The translations under genes and the position numbers were made by a program. The notes under the pieces were generated by a model. That model was not told the DNA's origin and did no database searches. It saw only the letters and a list, made by a program, of their open reading frames with translations. From Atractiella rhizophila (Eukaryota), in NCBI GenBank assembly GCA_021432655.1, contig MU271659.1, positions 1 to 34,482 on the forward strand: a stretch of 34,482 bases of DNA. The letters are read 5' to 3'. Below are positions 1 to 11,709 of the stretch, piece by piece. Numbering within the stretch: the stretch's first letter is position 1; the number at the start of each line of letters is the position of its first letter.

Positions 1-842
1 ACCCTCTCCTTTCCTTTCCCCTTCATTGGAACATGTGGGGCTGCTCCAGTCTGAGCAGCCAGTCGACGCTTCATCATCTCGTTCACCATGATGACGGCAT
101 CCCTCTCTTGTTCTAGTTTTTCTATTCGCGACGAACTGCGTGATTGTATAAGAGCTAGATCGTCGAGGGCTTGGTTTAGACGGCCGGAGAGTGTAGCGGA
201 GAGTTGCGTGACATGAGTGAGTGAACGATGAAGGTGTGCTATCTGTCAATGGGGATCAGATTGGTTCTTCGCCAATTCTAGCTCGAACATGCTATGTTTT
301 CCTTCACACACAATGAATAGGCGATAGATAGATCGCCTCCTCAGCTGAAGATAGGAATAATTCTATGTTCCGAGAACTTAAAAACTACAGGTCACAGAGC
401 GATTGACGCAGCAGGCAGTTATATTCTCGGGAGAGCATCATTGCAAGCGGAAAGTCTGCAACAAATATGGGTTGATCAAATTTAAGAATCTTTACCACCT
501 GGCGAGGTCACAAATGGCAGAGTCGCGCGCCTTAGCACGGTGGCTCAACATGCAAAGATATTTGCAGGGATTGTCAATCTCCCTCAGTTCCTTCACCTGC
601 TCAAACTAATTAAGAAACAACATACCTTCTTTGCTTCGGTTCCCTCTCCCTCACGTCCCAATGCGTCTCTATTGCCAGGCAATCAACGCGGCGCTCAATC
701 CAACCAAGCAGACGCACTGCATGAACTTGAGTAATCCATGGATAGCAACAATTAAAGGCTTCGGGAGGTTCTGTAAGTGTTCTGGCTGGAGATGTGGGGA
801 ATATGGCAGGAGGAAAGGGTGAAAGGACGCAGACGATGCCAT
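1..842 (-). CDS. Hypothetical coiled-coil protein, 5' part only (runs off the window start)
   Basis: Exon 242-1 follows a CTGAT...CAG acceptor and is open: IAHLHRSLTHVTQLSATLSGRLNQALDDLALIQSRSSSRIEKLEQERDAVIMVNEMMKRRL...KGKGKER. Likely upstream exons start at ATG 842 (MASSASFHPFLLPY...) with GTGCGT and GTATGT donors. The linkage across 243-625 is uncertain. Confidence 0.5.
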
Positions 843-896
843 TGTGGTTGATCGCAAATTGTTCAATGAAAATCTACTCAAAAAGAGGCGACCTGA

Positions 897-904
897 TCAC
901 GTGA
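897..904. promoter_or_regulatory. Palindromic E-box TCACGTGA (bHLH/Cbf1-type site) upstream of the first gene
   Basis: TCACGTGA at 897-904, about 55 nt upstream of ATG 842. A single site, function inferred only. Confidence 0.3.
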
Positions 905-1118
905 CTTCATAGCACATTGGAATCAATCCAATCCTTCTTTTCAAAGGAAGGGATGCAATAACTCAGGTACTGAATGGCAAATAACCGGCATAACTCGTAC
1001 TAGGGGCACAATGTCATGTATTGAATTGCAAAGTCACTGGATAAGCAGTCAAGAGTAAGAAATCATACTTTTACTAGTCCAATCATGCGCTATTGGAAAA
1101 AGGATCGTCTGGACGAAT

Positions 1119-2384
1119 TTAATCATCCCTCGGCCTCTCCTCTTCCCTCTCCCTGTCTCGCTCCTTATCTCCGTCCACATCCTCTTTCGCACCCCTCGGG
1201 CTGACGCTTCTGTCCCTTCCTCTCTCCCTATCCCTATCACCCCTATCCCTTCCTCCATCCCTTCCTCCGTCCCTGTCATCATAATCTCTGTCTCTGTCCG
1301 ATCTACGAGGAGGACTGTCGTCCCGCCTACTTCTGGAATATCTTGGACTGTTCACGTTTTATCATTCGGTGGCGATAAGGATGCGACAGGAAAGACAGAC
1401 CTAGGAGACCTTCTCCTCCTGGGAGGACTCCTTGACCTCCTCCTAGACCTCCCGGGAGAGGGAGAGCGTCTCTCATATCTCCAGGAGGAGGAAGGAGCGT
1501 TCTTAGCCCACTATAGAGCAGATTTCAGAAACTTATTTGTCTCGAAAGGGGGAGAAGGACAAACCTGCACATTCAGCGTGTGGCCACCGAGTCTCCTCCC
1601 ATGCATTTCATAGTATGCATCTTCCGCATCTCTGTCGTCTTCAAATTCCACGAATGCATACCTATTGTGATCAACTCGTTATTACCATCGTCACTGTACT
1701 GTCGAAACCGAGGCGATTCGAAGAAACGAAGGTAATTGTTCGCTCGTCAGGTTACGAAGGAAGGAAGGCAGGAACGGGGAAACTCGTTCGTTCGCTCTAG
1801 TCGCAAAAGGTAGGTTTTCGAGCAAATATTGAGATCAGACGAGTCGACTCGCTCGCAACTAGTTCGCTCGTAGGAAAGAGAGCGTAGAATAATCTGGTCG
1901 TCAACGCTCGAGCGCAGAAGGGACCCCGCTCGTCCGTCAGGCTAGGTCAGGATACGAAACGTTCGAGGGTGCTCGAGTAAACTGTTTTGGGGTTCGAGCG
2001 TCATAAACATGAAAGAGAGGCAATTCCGAGGCTCGATGGCTCTGAACCATAACACTTCCCTCTCAGATTCATTTTACCCCGTCTCTCGTCACTCTGACCA
2101 CATTCCCAAAGAAAAAGTAGGAAAAATGAGGAGGCACTCACGGTTTCGCGGACGAGGTCCTAGCAGCGGGGATGTCGCATCTTATCAACCTTCCAAATCT
2201 GCAGAATACTTGCTCAGCGGAGTTCAAGAGGGAACTTAAATATATACCGCTCAAACTCATAAGCGAGGTCCTTCGCACGTATTGAAGTGCCAAATCTTCA
2301 AGCGAAGATGGTCAATATTGTGTGTTGTGTTGAAAAGGAGTAAAAGAGTTACCCAGCGACAAAAAGGGTGTTCTTAGGTGCCAT
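1119..2384 (-). CDS. srp1: SR-family pre-mRNA splicing factor, single RRM plus RS/RD tail (S. pombe Srp1-like)
   Basis: Six exons (2384-2353, 2295-2248, 2198-2142, 1661-1565, 1510-1401, 1347-1119) joined by GT-AG introns give [84 protein letters not shown] followed by RSPSP/RSRSP/RDRD repeats. It contains RNP2 (LFVAGF), RNP1 (PYAFVEF), and the LAYEFE, LIRCDIP and DAEDAYYE motifs typical of fungal Srp1. Confidence 0.92.
1662..2141 (-). other. Unusually long (480 nt) intron 3 of srp1, inside the RRM just before RNP1
   Basis: GTGAGT donor at 2141 and TAG acceptor at 1662 join CC|G (Pro) in frame. The other four introns of the gene are 49-57 nt. Confidence 0.88.
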
Positions 2385-2616
2385 ATTAACGGTTTAGCGC
2401 TACTTTTTGGGGTTTCACAAGGATGTGAAGGATGTTGGTGGTTCTTTGTGGCGTTGGGTTGCAGGTGCGTGGTTGACGATTGTTGATGAGGATGATGATG
2501 AAATAAACAGTCACGAGAAATTTTGTACAGCAAAACGTAGCACAAACTGGACATGACTGCTGAGTGCTAAGACTACGGTGAGTCCTTGATAGCATCCATT
2601 TTGTAAATCTGATGAC

Positions 2617-2624
2617 TTTATATA
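2617..2624 (-). promoter_or_regulatory. Candidate TATA box (TATATAAA) of srp1
   Basis: The minus strand reads TATATAAA about 235 nt upstream of the srp1 ATG, within the 258-nt divergent intergenic gap. Confidence 0.4.
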
Positions 2625-2642
2625 GAGCCAAAATGCCACATA

Positions 2643-5335
2643 ATGCGCATCCCTTTCCTTCTCTCCACGCCGACGCTACGGTTTGTCCAAAATTCTGTCA
2701 GAACCGTTCATAGCTCGCCGTTCCTAGCTTCTAAGCGAATATTCAGTCTAAGACGTACGTGTATTGTTTAATTGGAGCTAATGACTGACAGCGGTCCAAA
2801 GAACGAGTTGAAAATGCGAAAAAACGCCAAAAAGGACTTCAACCCGGTCAACGACGTCCATCTCCTTCCACTCTCCCGCAGAAGCGTCATGCCAATATCC
2901 CACGAAGCACCTCATACTCTTTAGCCAATATCCCACCAGACTCCCTAGAAGGTCGGCTAGCATACCATCTCAAACAGCACAACATACCTCCAAGCACAGT
3001 TCTCTTCTCCTCCCTACTTCCCGTCTCTCAACCTGAGCGAAACGAGACGCTCCAAGCATGGGTAGATGCTGCCGAAGCACCAGATTTCTTAGGCACACTA
3101 GATGCGCTACAGCTCGTCGAAAGATGGGAGACTTTCGAATCTAAACCGGACGACCCATTCTCCTACCACCCCACCATTGCGGACGAATCGCCTATTCCTC
3201 TGCCTGACAACCTCCTTCGAATAATCCCCCACAAACTCCGCACTCGATACGAAGGAACATTGGCAATTGGAGTTCTCGCCTCTCCTGTTTGGTTGCAAAT
3301 GTCTCCGGTTAATCGGTTCGAATTCCTCATCAGCACTATCAAGAGTTTGGCCAATGTTGGGCACTGGCACGGAGTGCGAGAGATCATGCGATACCATCTT
3401 TTCTTTACTCCTCCAGACATGCGACGAAAGAGCGGACAGTATCATAGGGTCCTCGTCGCGGCTCAAAACTCTAACCTTCCATTGGATGCTTGGCTCGAGA
3501 TGCTCCCCCTGTATTTCGAGGCGATGGATCGGTCTAACTGCTCCCCTAACTCTCTAACATTCCGAATCCTCTTCCAATACCGTCAAGCGAACTCAAATGT
3601 TATGAAGATGCTGCTGGAGGAGATGGAACGACGAGGTATAACCGCAACAGAACACATAGTCAGGAGTTCTTTGGTGGTTTATTCCAAGGAAGGGAAAACC
3701 GCAGAGAGCGCTAAATGTCTCAGACTCCTGCCTGGTCGCTTGGTCGGTGACCTACAAGAGGTTCTTGCCCTAGAAGAAGCGGGCGAAGATCCTGTGAACA
3801 TTTGGATCGATGAAGGGCGGACGGTGACTCGCGATCACGTCTGGTACCTCGCTTCATTTTACCACGACCCGGATGACGGAGAGCGCTACTTTGACTTCCT
3901 AGAATCGTTTCTTCACGCCAAAGGTCGCTTCGACATTCCAGAAAACCTGAAGGTATCATGGCCGAAGCTCGAAATCAGTGGCGAAGATGTGTTAGAGACG
4001 AGAACCTTGGGCTGGGCTTGGAGAGTGAGGGTTGATTTGGCGACAAAACAATCGTACGATTACAAGTCGTTTATACGGATTTTTAGGGAGTTGAAGGGCA
4101 AGTATCAGGCGATGAGGGAAGCCGGAGGAGCGAATGCAGATACTCTTGGGTTTACGGAGTCTGGAGATCGGAATATTGTTCAAAATGGACTAACGGGATT
4201 GCGAGTGAAGGCACCGGGTTCAAGTGAGAATAGACAGAACATAGTTCAAGGTTTTCTGATCGATATTCTCGAGAAGGACCCGAGCTTTAAAATCGACGCC
4301 AACATGCTTACTACCTTGGTCATCATGTACAACCAAGTTGGGAAGACGGAACTGGCCAACGAATTCGTCGAGACGCTCGCCCAGCCTGTTGCCTCTGAAT
4401 CGAATGATGTGGATGAAGAAGAACCCATCCCTCTCCCTCCTGTCGAAGGACTCGCGATTCAGACTCTGGGCGATTTCGATTCCAGTTTTGGAGGGAATAA
4501 ACTGCTCAATCTCCTCACTGTGAGATGTTACAAGTCGATAAAGATCACACATAACGTAGTGAACAACCTGATGTGGGGTTATCGACATGACTGGAACAAT
4601 GCTTATCGCCTCTGGTCAACTATGGAACGAACTTGGGGAGTGATCCCGAACCATGTCAGTTTCGTGCATCTCCTGCATGCCTCAATCAACGCCTCTCCGT
4701 CTTCCAATCGATTCATTTCGGGTTTTGACGGCTCGTTACCTGATAGCATCGCAACCCACAAGCGGAATAGCGAGCCTCGCCAGGCAGCCCAGGAGTTTGC
4801 TCATCCAACCCAGTTCGTTGCCGACATCTTTTGGCGTGCTCTATACCTCAATTACCCCCATCTCGTGCAAACCATCATCCTGCCCACGTCCAAGAAACCT
4901 TTGGATTTCCTCATCACCGAATACGTTAAAAAGGAACGGGCGGATGGTATCCCTAGAAATGTGTGGACAGCAGAAGGAGTCGCTCGTCCTCTCCCGAGTC
5001 TCTCCTCAGCTCATCCTTCCGAATACCCTCACATCACGTTCAACAACATGGTTTTCCGATCTGTTATCCGTCTCTTCAGGGTCACAAGATCGGAAGACAA
5101 CATACCCCTACTGTTGACCTGGATGCGAGCGATTGAGCTCGACGTCCAGACAACGACCATGGTGCAGGCGCTTTCTGCATGGCAAAATAGTGGGAAGGCT
5201 GGAAAGGTTGAGATTTGGGCGATGTGGAGATGGGTCGTAGACTGGTTAGGACAAGAGAAGACCGATGTGCTAAAAAGGCAGCTGGCGCGCAAGATAGGTA
5301 AGGACGCCGCAAAACAAAATACTTTCCACGCATGA
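2643..5335 (+). CDS. Mitochondrial pentatricopeptide-repeat (PPR)-like protein
   Basis: The frame is open from 2789 to 5335, well upstream of the ORF-track start at 3260. ATG 2643 gives an Arg/Ser/Leu-rich, acid-free presequence-like N-terminus (MRIPFLLSTPTLRFVQNSVRTVHSSPFLASKRIFSLR), joined in frame by intron 2755-2801. PPR-like motifs: SPNSLTFRILF..KMLLEEMERRGI, IDANMLTTLVIMYNQVGKTELA, AYRLWSTMERTWGVIPNHVSFVHLLHA. Confidence 0.72.
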
Positions 5336-5570
5336 TCCAAATGCCTGGAAGTACACTTAGGCGAAACGACCTATGGATACCCCTAGGACAACACTTCGCA
5401 GGGGATTATCTTCTCATTGGAAAGGGTACAAAGTTGCACATGTGGATAGATTGCAGTAGAGTTTGTAGTAGTACATTCGGATATTTTAATGCAGCATAAT
5501 GCTTATCCCAATTGAATACATAATGTTGCTATTTGAAGATTGGACAAAACGAAATGCAAATGATGCAGAA

Positions 5571-8500
5571 TCAACGACTGCAAGCAATTTTCAATTCCTG
5601 GAAGTCGGGATCGTGCTCTGACACTGATCGGCAGTGTCGTAGGAGTTGCTTCATGCGGTCCTGACAGAATGTTTTATACTTCCGCAGCTCTTTTGGTGAG
5701 CCCTGGACGGCCTAGAGCTAGGAATCAATGGACAAGCAGGGAGCAAGCACTCAGACGTACTTGTATGTGATCTCGCATGGCTCCGAACATCACGTTGAGC
5801 CATCGCTTGATGGTGCTCTTTGGGAAAACGCCAGCCCTGGTTTGTTCGAACCCTGGCTGTTCGTTCAGCATCCGACCGCATGCCTCAATTACGTCTGCCA
5901 GAGTGATTAAAACAAAGTACGTCTCACTAGTGCGTGCTCACAGTCTAACAGATCGGAAACTTTATCCTCGAATGGTTCTTGACTCTGGAGTGCCGCATCA
6001 TCGAGAGGATGCCCAGCGAACAGCTTCGACGCTGGGTGGAGGGTGAGGAGTTTGCGGGTCAACTCAGATTGGCCAGTGATGACCGGAGAACCTGCGGCCT
6101 GAATCCAAACCGTAATAAATTCCACCTCAAGTTTCTGGATGGATAAGTAAACAGCCTGTCAACTGTCACTTCGATGCTCCTTACCTTATACTGGGAGTTA
6201 TCATACTCGAGAGCCTCCGTGAAAAAAAGAACTGCAGTCTGTAGACGCCCAATTCGATCTTTGATTCTATACCACATGCTAGATTCGTATCGAAGCAACG
6301 ACGACCATGCCTGCAGATGTGATTAGAGGCCCATTGGTAGCATGAGGCTTGAGATTGGAACAAACTACTAACCTGCTTCCCGTGTTCAATTGCAATGGTG
6401 AGACAACGAACCCAACAGCTGGTCAGAATTGTAGGATATGGTTGTGCTCCCTCTGCTTCGTCCTCCAGAACTGGACATGGCGCTTCAGCGTTATAAAAGC
6501 GCGTGATGCATTCCTTGAGAGAAGGAATGATGCTGTCGTTGAGGTACTGTACAGATATGCAAGATCTGTCAACAACTCTGTACACATGGGAAAGCTTTTG
6601 CCTTACAACGGCAAGTTGCTCATCCAAGAGTCCAACTTCCCTAGCTGTTTCCCCTTGCTTCTCAAGGATGTCTAGGAGCTGAGAATTGTCGGAGATGTTA
6701 CTGAATCCGTATTCGTGTTGGCTTTCTTCGTTGATGAAAAAGGCTGGAGACGAGGACGCCAACGCATGGTCCCGACAATCCAGAACAAAAGAGATCAGTC
6801 CAACAACTTCACGTCCGGCACCAGGATTAAGACCGAGGCTTGAATCCAAGAGTTTCTTTGTCCATTCTAGAGATAAACACATGAATGTTGGAACACCAAA
6901 GGGAAAAGCTTTCACCTTCGCTGAGCAAGCACATCTGAGGGAATTCAACACGCGGTTTCTGAACCCAGCGAAGAAAGCATATCGCGCGAAGAAAGAGGCG
7001 GACGAGAGCTGTTGTATCCTTCATCCGCTTAGGAATGCGGTCCAGTTCCGTGGTTTCGAGGTGTTGACCATCCGTCGACTTTTTAGTAGTCCTTCCCCGA
7101 TCCAGTCGCGCATATTCTGACCGAAGTAACGCGAGTGGGCCGTGGAACATGTCCAATGAAGGCTTCAAATCCAGGCCTTCTCGCCAAGAGATCATAGTGA
7201 GCAGCACTGTGAGGCGCACCCAGAAGTGTCGAGCATCATCGTTGAGTTCGGCGAACTTGAAAAGACTTCTGGCCTGATTCAGCCGATCTGGGAGGTAATT
7301 TGGTGCAACTAGAGCCCCAACAATTATAATGGAATAGTGGTTGATAAGAGAAGAGTAATCTGAAGCCTGGGTGAATGAGCGAGAACAGGTTGAGCCGTCG
7401 AAGGTAACTGGCACCAAACGATGGATCAGACGCTTAATCCTTTTCATGTCGCTTTCGGATCTCTGAGAATGGTCTTCCAACCACAGAGTATGCAGGAAGA
7501 TCTTCAGCCAAGCGTGGAAAGTAGAGTCCTTGTCGTCATGCGCTGGAATAGCCACCTTTTGCTTCTGAATGGCTGCTTGCAGAAACATGGGGAACTGGAT
7601 TTTCTTCTCGAATCGCAAGTTTTGCAGCTTTCTAGGTTTGAAGATTGACAAAAGTGGTTCAAGGATTTTCTCCTGGTCAGCCATAGACCAATACCAGCGA
7701 TCAGTAAATAGAAGACACCGCTTGAGAATGGTAGCCCCGTATCGATCTCTGGCTGTTAATTCCGAGTTGGAAAGGGAGATGTCAACAGTTTCGTTCGTAT
7801 TCGCAAAGAGGACGTCCATTACGGGTTGAAAAATAGACCACCTTGACGATAATTGGGCCCTCTCCATTGCTATACCGTGCTGATTGAATTGAGAGAGGCG
7901 AGAGACGAACATACTAGCGAAGAAAGTGCGCTCAATCTCAAGTAGAGAATTCAGCTTTTCCTCTTCTCTGAGCTGCTTGCGCATGGTGTTTTGAATTGTG
8001 AATAACAGGTCTGAGCTATTCACTGGATAGTCATGTCCGTCCTCCAGCTTGCGATCCCCTTCAAGGGCAAGCGCTACCACGGCCACCCAGATATCGACAC
8101 TGAACTCTTCCTCTTGTTCACGTGTCATCCATTCTTCAATAGCGTTGGACGACTCATGCAACCCGAACTCCAGCAGTGTCCTGACTAGCAATCTAAAGAG
8201 TGCTCTGACTTCATCATACCCACCTGGCTCACCAAGATGGCGAGTAAACATGCGATGGGCTAGCTGAAACCTGAACCAAACCAAGGCCAGAATGCTTTTG
8301 GCGAACCCAGGCTCTTCACCCAGATTGCCCTCCAAACGCTTGAACAGTAAGTTGAACTGGGTGTTGACGAGGACCGAATCTTGCTCATCTGCGGAGAGCT
8401 TTGAGGCAATCAATTTGTTGAGACATTCGACCAATTCGACAGGGTCCAACGAGACGTTGAAGTCTTGAGAATCGCTTAACTGAACTTGAATCCTGTCGTA

Positions 8501-11500
8501 GACCTGATCGCAAACCCATGGGAGCAGACCTTCCAGCGAAGATGTAGTATCTCCTCTCGAGTCTTGCGTCTCCTCGTCCAACCAAGACGGCACTTCCCGT
8601 TCCCACTCCACATCCATCACCATCACCCCAACTTCCGGTTCGCAGAGAAAGTCAAGGTGTCCTCTTGCGACCAGGCCGTTTGAATCAAGTACTCTGTCCG
8701 CCTCAATGGGCCGTATTCCGTAGTCGACAGAAAAAGACGCGTATTCCGTCAGCCTGAGATCCTCAACCTTTTTCGCGCTCGGGAACGAGGATTGATTCAT
8801 CTCATCATCCGAACCAAATAGTTTTAGCCGTCTGATAGGCTTCCGAAAGAGAGCGGTCTGATCAAGAGGCTGACGAGGTCGACGAGCAGGCGGTTGGCGG
8901 CGATGATCGTGCTTCTTTGACGCAAGAACAGCAGAGTGAGGATTGCGCTGAGGATCGCGAGCCCGTTCTTTGCCCTTGCTCGCCTTCTTGCTCCCGTGAT
9001 TCTTCTGCATGAGTGCACGGTCGAGGCTGTCAACGTTCTCTCCCCGACGTGGCGCGAAGCTACGGCAAACGCGTCAATCGACGAGCTGTGGAGAGAAGAT
9101 GTGAGATACCCAATCTCCCATTGCCCAACAATATCCTCTTGTTCACTTTCTTCCTCCTCTTGGCTTCCACTTCCATCCGTATAGAAGTCATCTAAGCCGT
9201 CATCTGGCATAGTTTTCTTCCCCTTCCTGACCTTTACCGTTCCATATCGCTCATCTTCATCTCCACTTCCTCTCAACCCATAATCATCCTCCCTCAGCTT
9301 TCCCATCGCCATTTCCTCCCTCATAACAACCAAGTCCATTTCAGCCTTCTTATTGTAAACAGCCGGGAAAACTTTTCTCAAGGCCCGTCTTTGTTTTTTA
9401 CTCAACTCCAAATTCGCTTCAGGAATCAGAGTCTGTTCCTCTGTCTCATCTTCCTCCTCCTCCCCTTCACTTCCGCCTTCGGAGGATGGAACTGCAGTTG
9501 GATCTGACAACATTTCGAGGTCTAGGTCTTCGTTTGGTCGCCATCGATTGGGATGAGCATCCGTGGTCGCTCTGCTCTTACCCACTGACGTTTTCTTCTT
9601 CCTACTCACCAGCAGTTCACCTCGATTCGCCCTGGATGGTCCATCAGCCTTGCCTTTCCGTCTTCCAGTCGTTGAATGGCTATCGCCTTTCTCCCTGGTC
9701 GAACGAGATCTAGGCGACTGGGCCGTGTCCTTAGAGCGAGATCCGTCTCCTTCTTTTCGGGAGGTAACATCCGCACCAGTACGGCGCGACCCGTGTTCAC
9801 GCCTACTGAGAGCAATCTCCCTCTCCCTCTCCTTCTTCTTCCTCTTTTTTCTCTCTTTTACCTCTTCCTCATCCGTATGTATGCTCGCCACGCTGTCCTC
9901 CCGCTCGTCCCTCTTCTGGCGCTTCTCCCTCTCCCTTCTTTCTCCAACACCATCCGCTTCAACCTCTAGACGGCGCTTTGGCTTCCTTCGCACTGTCGCT
10001 GTGGTCTCTGGCATCGAAGGTAAAACGGAGGGTGAAGCTAGGTCGAGGTCCATTGGCTCAGGTTGCTGTGGACGTGGAGAGCGAGCGGGAGCAGGCGGGG
10101 CCGGATAGTGAGTCTCCAGACGGTGATCGAAAAGGTCATCTTCATCTTCACCATCTTCCTCCTCCTCCTCGACCTCATCCAACTTCCTCTTCTCCCCCCG
10201 ATCCCCTTTCTCCTTCCCCCCAACTCCAACTCGCCCACCCTCGTACCTCCCCTCATCACCTCTCTCCAACAACTCTCCAACCAACTCTTCCTCTCTCCTC
10301 TTATCAAATTTCCGTCCCACCACCGCATCTTGCCAATCATTTTTCTTCAGCGTCCTCGAATACGCGGCATATTCGGTGCTGTACGGTTGGAGTTGGGTTG
10401 CCGTTCGCTTTCGGAGCGCACGGCCGTTGACAATGATGGGAGCTGAAGGAGCGGGAGCGGGCTGGGTTTGTCGTTGTTGTGGACGGGATGGATCCGGTTC
10501 TGGAGAAGACAGTGGTGAGGATTCTGGAGATTCTGAAGAGGATTCGAGTTGCTGAGGCTGAATTAAGTGTGCTTCCGCTGTGGATTTCGATTTGGATATG
10601 GTGATAGGATAATTCCCTGCTTGAGAAATAGATGGTAATTCTTCGTCCTCGTCCTCCTCCGTGCCTCCTCTGCCGCTCCTTTCTAAACCACCTCCTTGCC
10701 CCTTCTCCTTGCCCGTGGGCATTGGTGGTATGAGCCTTAGCTCATCTTCCTCCTCATCCTCCTGTTCTTCTTCCTGTGCCATTCGTTCTTTTCCTTTAGA
10801 TCTTTTGAGAGCCGTCTCCATCAATTGGCTTATGCCTGGGAGCTGACTCTCTTCATCTTCATCCTCCTCCTCCAAGTACCCATTTGCAGCCTTCCTTCCC
10901 CCATCCTCCTCGTCAGAGGGAGAAGGCGAGTCCACGTCCATCGCTTGCGTTTCTGGGACTGGAGAGAGAGAGGAACTAGGCTCTCTAGGCTTCTTATCCC
11001 TCTTCCTCTCCCCTTCTTTGCTTTGAGGATGGAGAATGGATGAAGGGATAGTAAGTTCCGTCTCGTTTCCTGGTGCGGGAATTGAAGAGGTAGGAAAAGA
11101 AAAAAGGCTGTCGATCGGCCTTCGTGGTCTTGAAGAAGATAGGAAAGGAGACGCAGTTTCTGAGCTGAATGCACCAGCATGAGATGGGCGGGAGCGGGAG
11201 CGGGATAGAGAAGGGGAGGAGGGCGGTTCCAGTTCGAGCAGGTTAGCTCTTCGACGATTCGTAGGTGTATCTAGCTGTTGTTGAGGTGTTTCTTCTACCA
11301 CTGCATCCACAAACCAAGTCAAAACAAACCAAAACCAAAACTTCATGTCCATCCTTCCATCCCTTTCCCTTCCGAGGCAAAGCAAAGTAAGAGGAGAATG
11401 AAACGCACCATAATCCTCCCCTTCCCTCTCCCTCATGTCAGCTCCAAGCCGCGACCTATTAGTAGGAGTCCTCAACAGGGGTTCTTTCAGCGCGTCCCAG

Positions 11501-11667
11501 TACCTCTGCGAACTTCCACTCCCATGCGCACCTCGCAGGAGGGAGTCCTGTTGCTCCCCCCATTCTGACGGGGACAGGAGGACGGATGGAGAGCGATTAG
11601 CCATGGAGGTCGAGGGACCTGGAGAGGAGAGCGTGGAAGAGGAGCGTGGGTGCGGCTGGTGGGACAT
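5571..11667 (-). CDS. MMS22: Mms22/Mus7-family replication-fork repair protein (multi-exon)
   Basis: A long acidic/disordered N-terminus carries RALRKRTATQLQPYSTE, resembling the R-LR-R---QL-PY--E motif of fungal Mms22/Mus7. A helical region follows, with SSLINHYSIIIVGALVAP and a C-terminal MFGAMRDHIQ..KYKTFC. ORFs 8824-11667, 6827-9010, 6181-6951 and smaller exons are linked by GT-AG introns. The stop is TGA at 5571-5573 after ..ELKIACSR. Confidence 0.78.
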
Positions 11668-11709
11668 GTTGAGAGAGAGTCAAGGGTGTTGACTCAAATC
11701 GCCAGTTTG

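Noticed and set aside
2040..2095. Intronic snoRNA in the srp1 long intron
   Set aside because: Only a degenerate C-box-like GTGACGA and one CTGA are present, with no terminal D box, terminal stem or recognisable rRNA guide.
2494..2612. C/D-box snoRNA-like pattern (ATGATGA...CTGA...CTGA) with CATCCATTTT, complementary to an LSU rRNA stretch as I recall it
   Set aside because: The complementarity ends 6 nt before the D box, so the +5 rule fails. The ATGATGA is part of a (GAT)n run, and the CTGA is better explained as an intron branch point.
8936..11692. Many plus-strand ORFs over MMS22
   Set aside because: Antisense shadows of a low-complexity Glu/Arg/Lys-rich coding strand.
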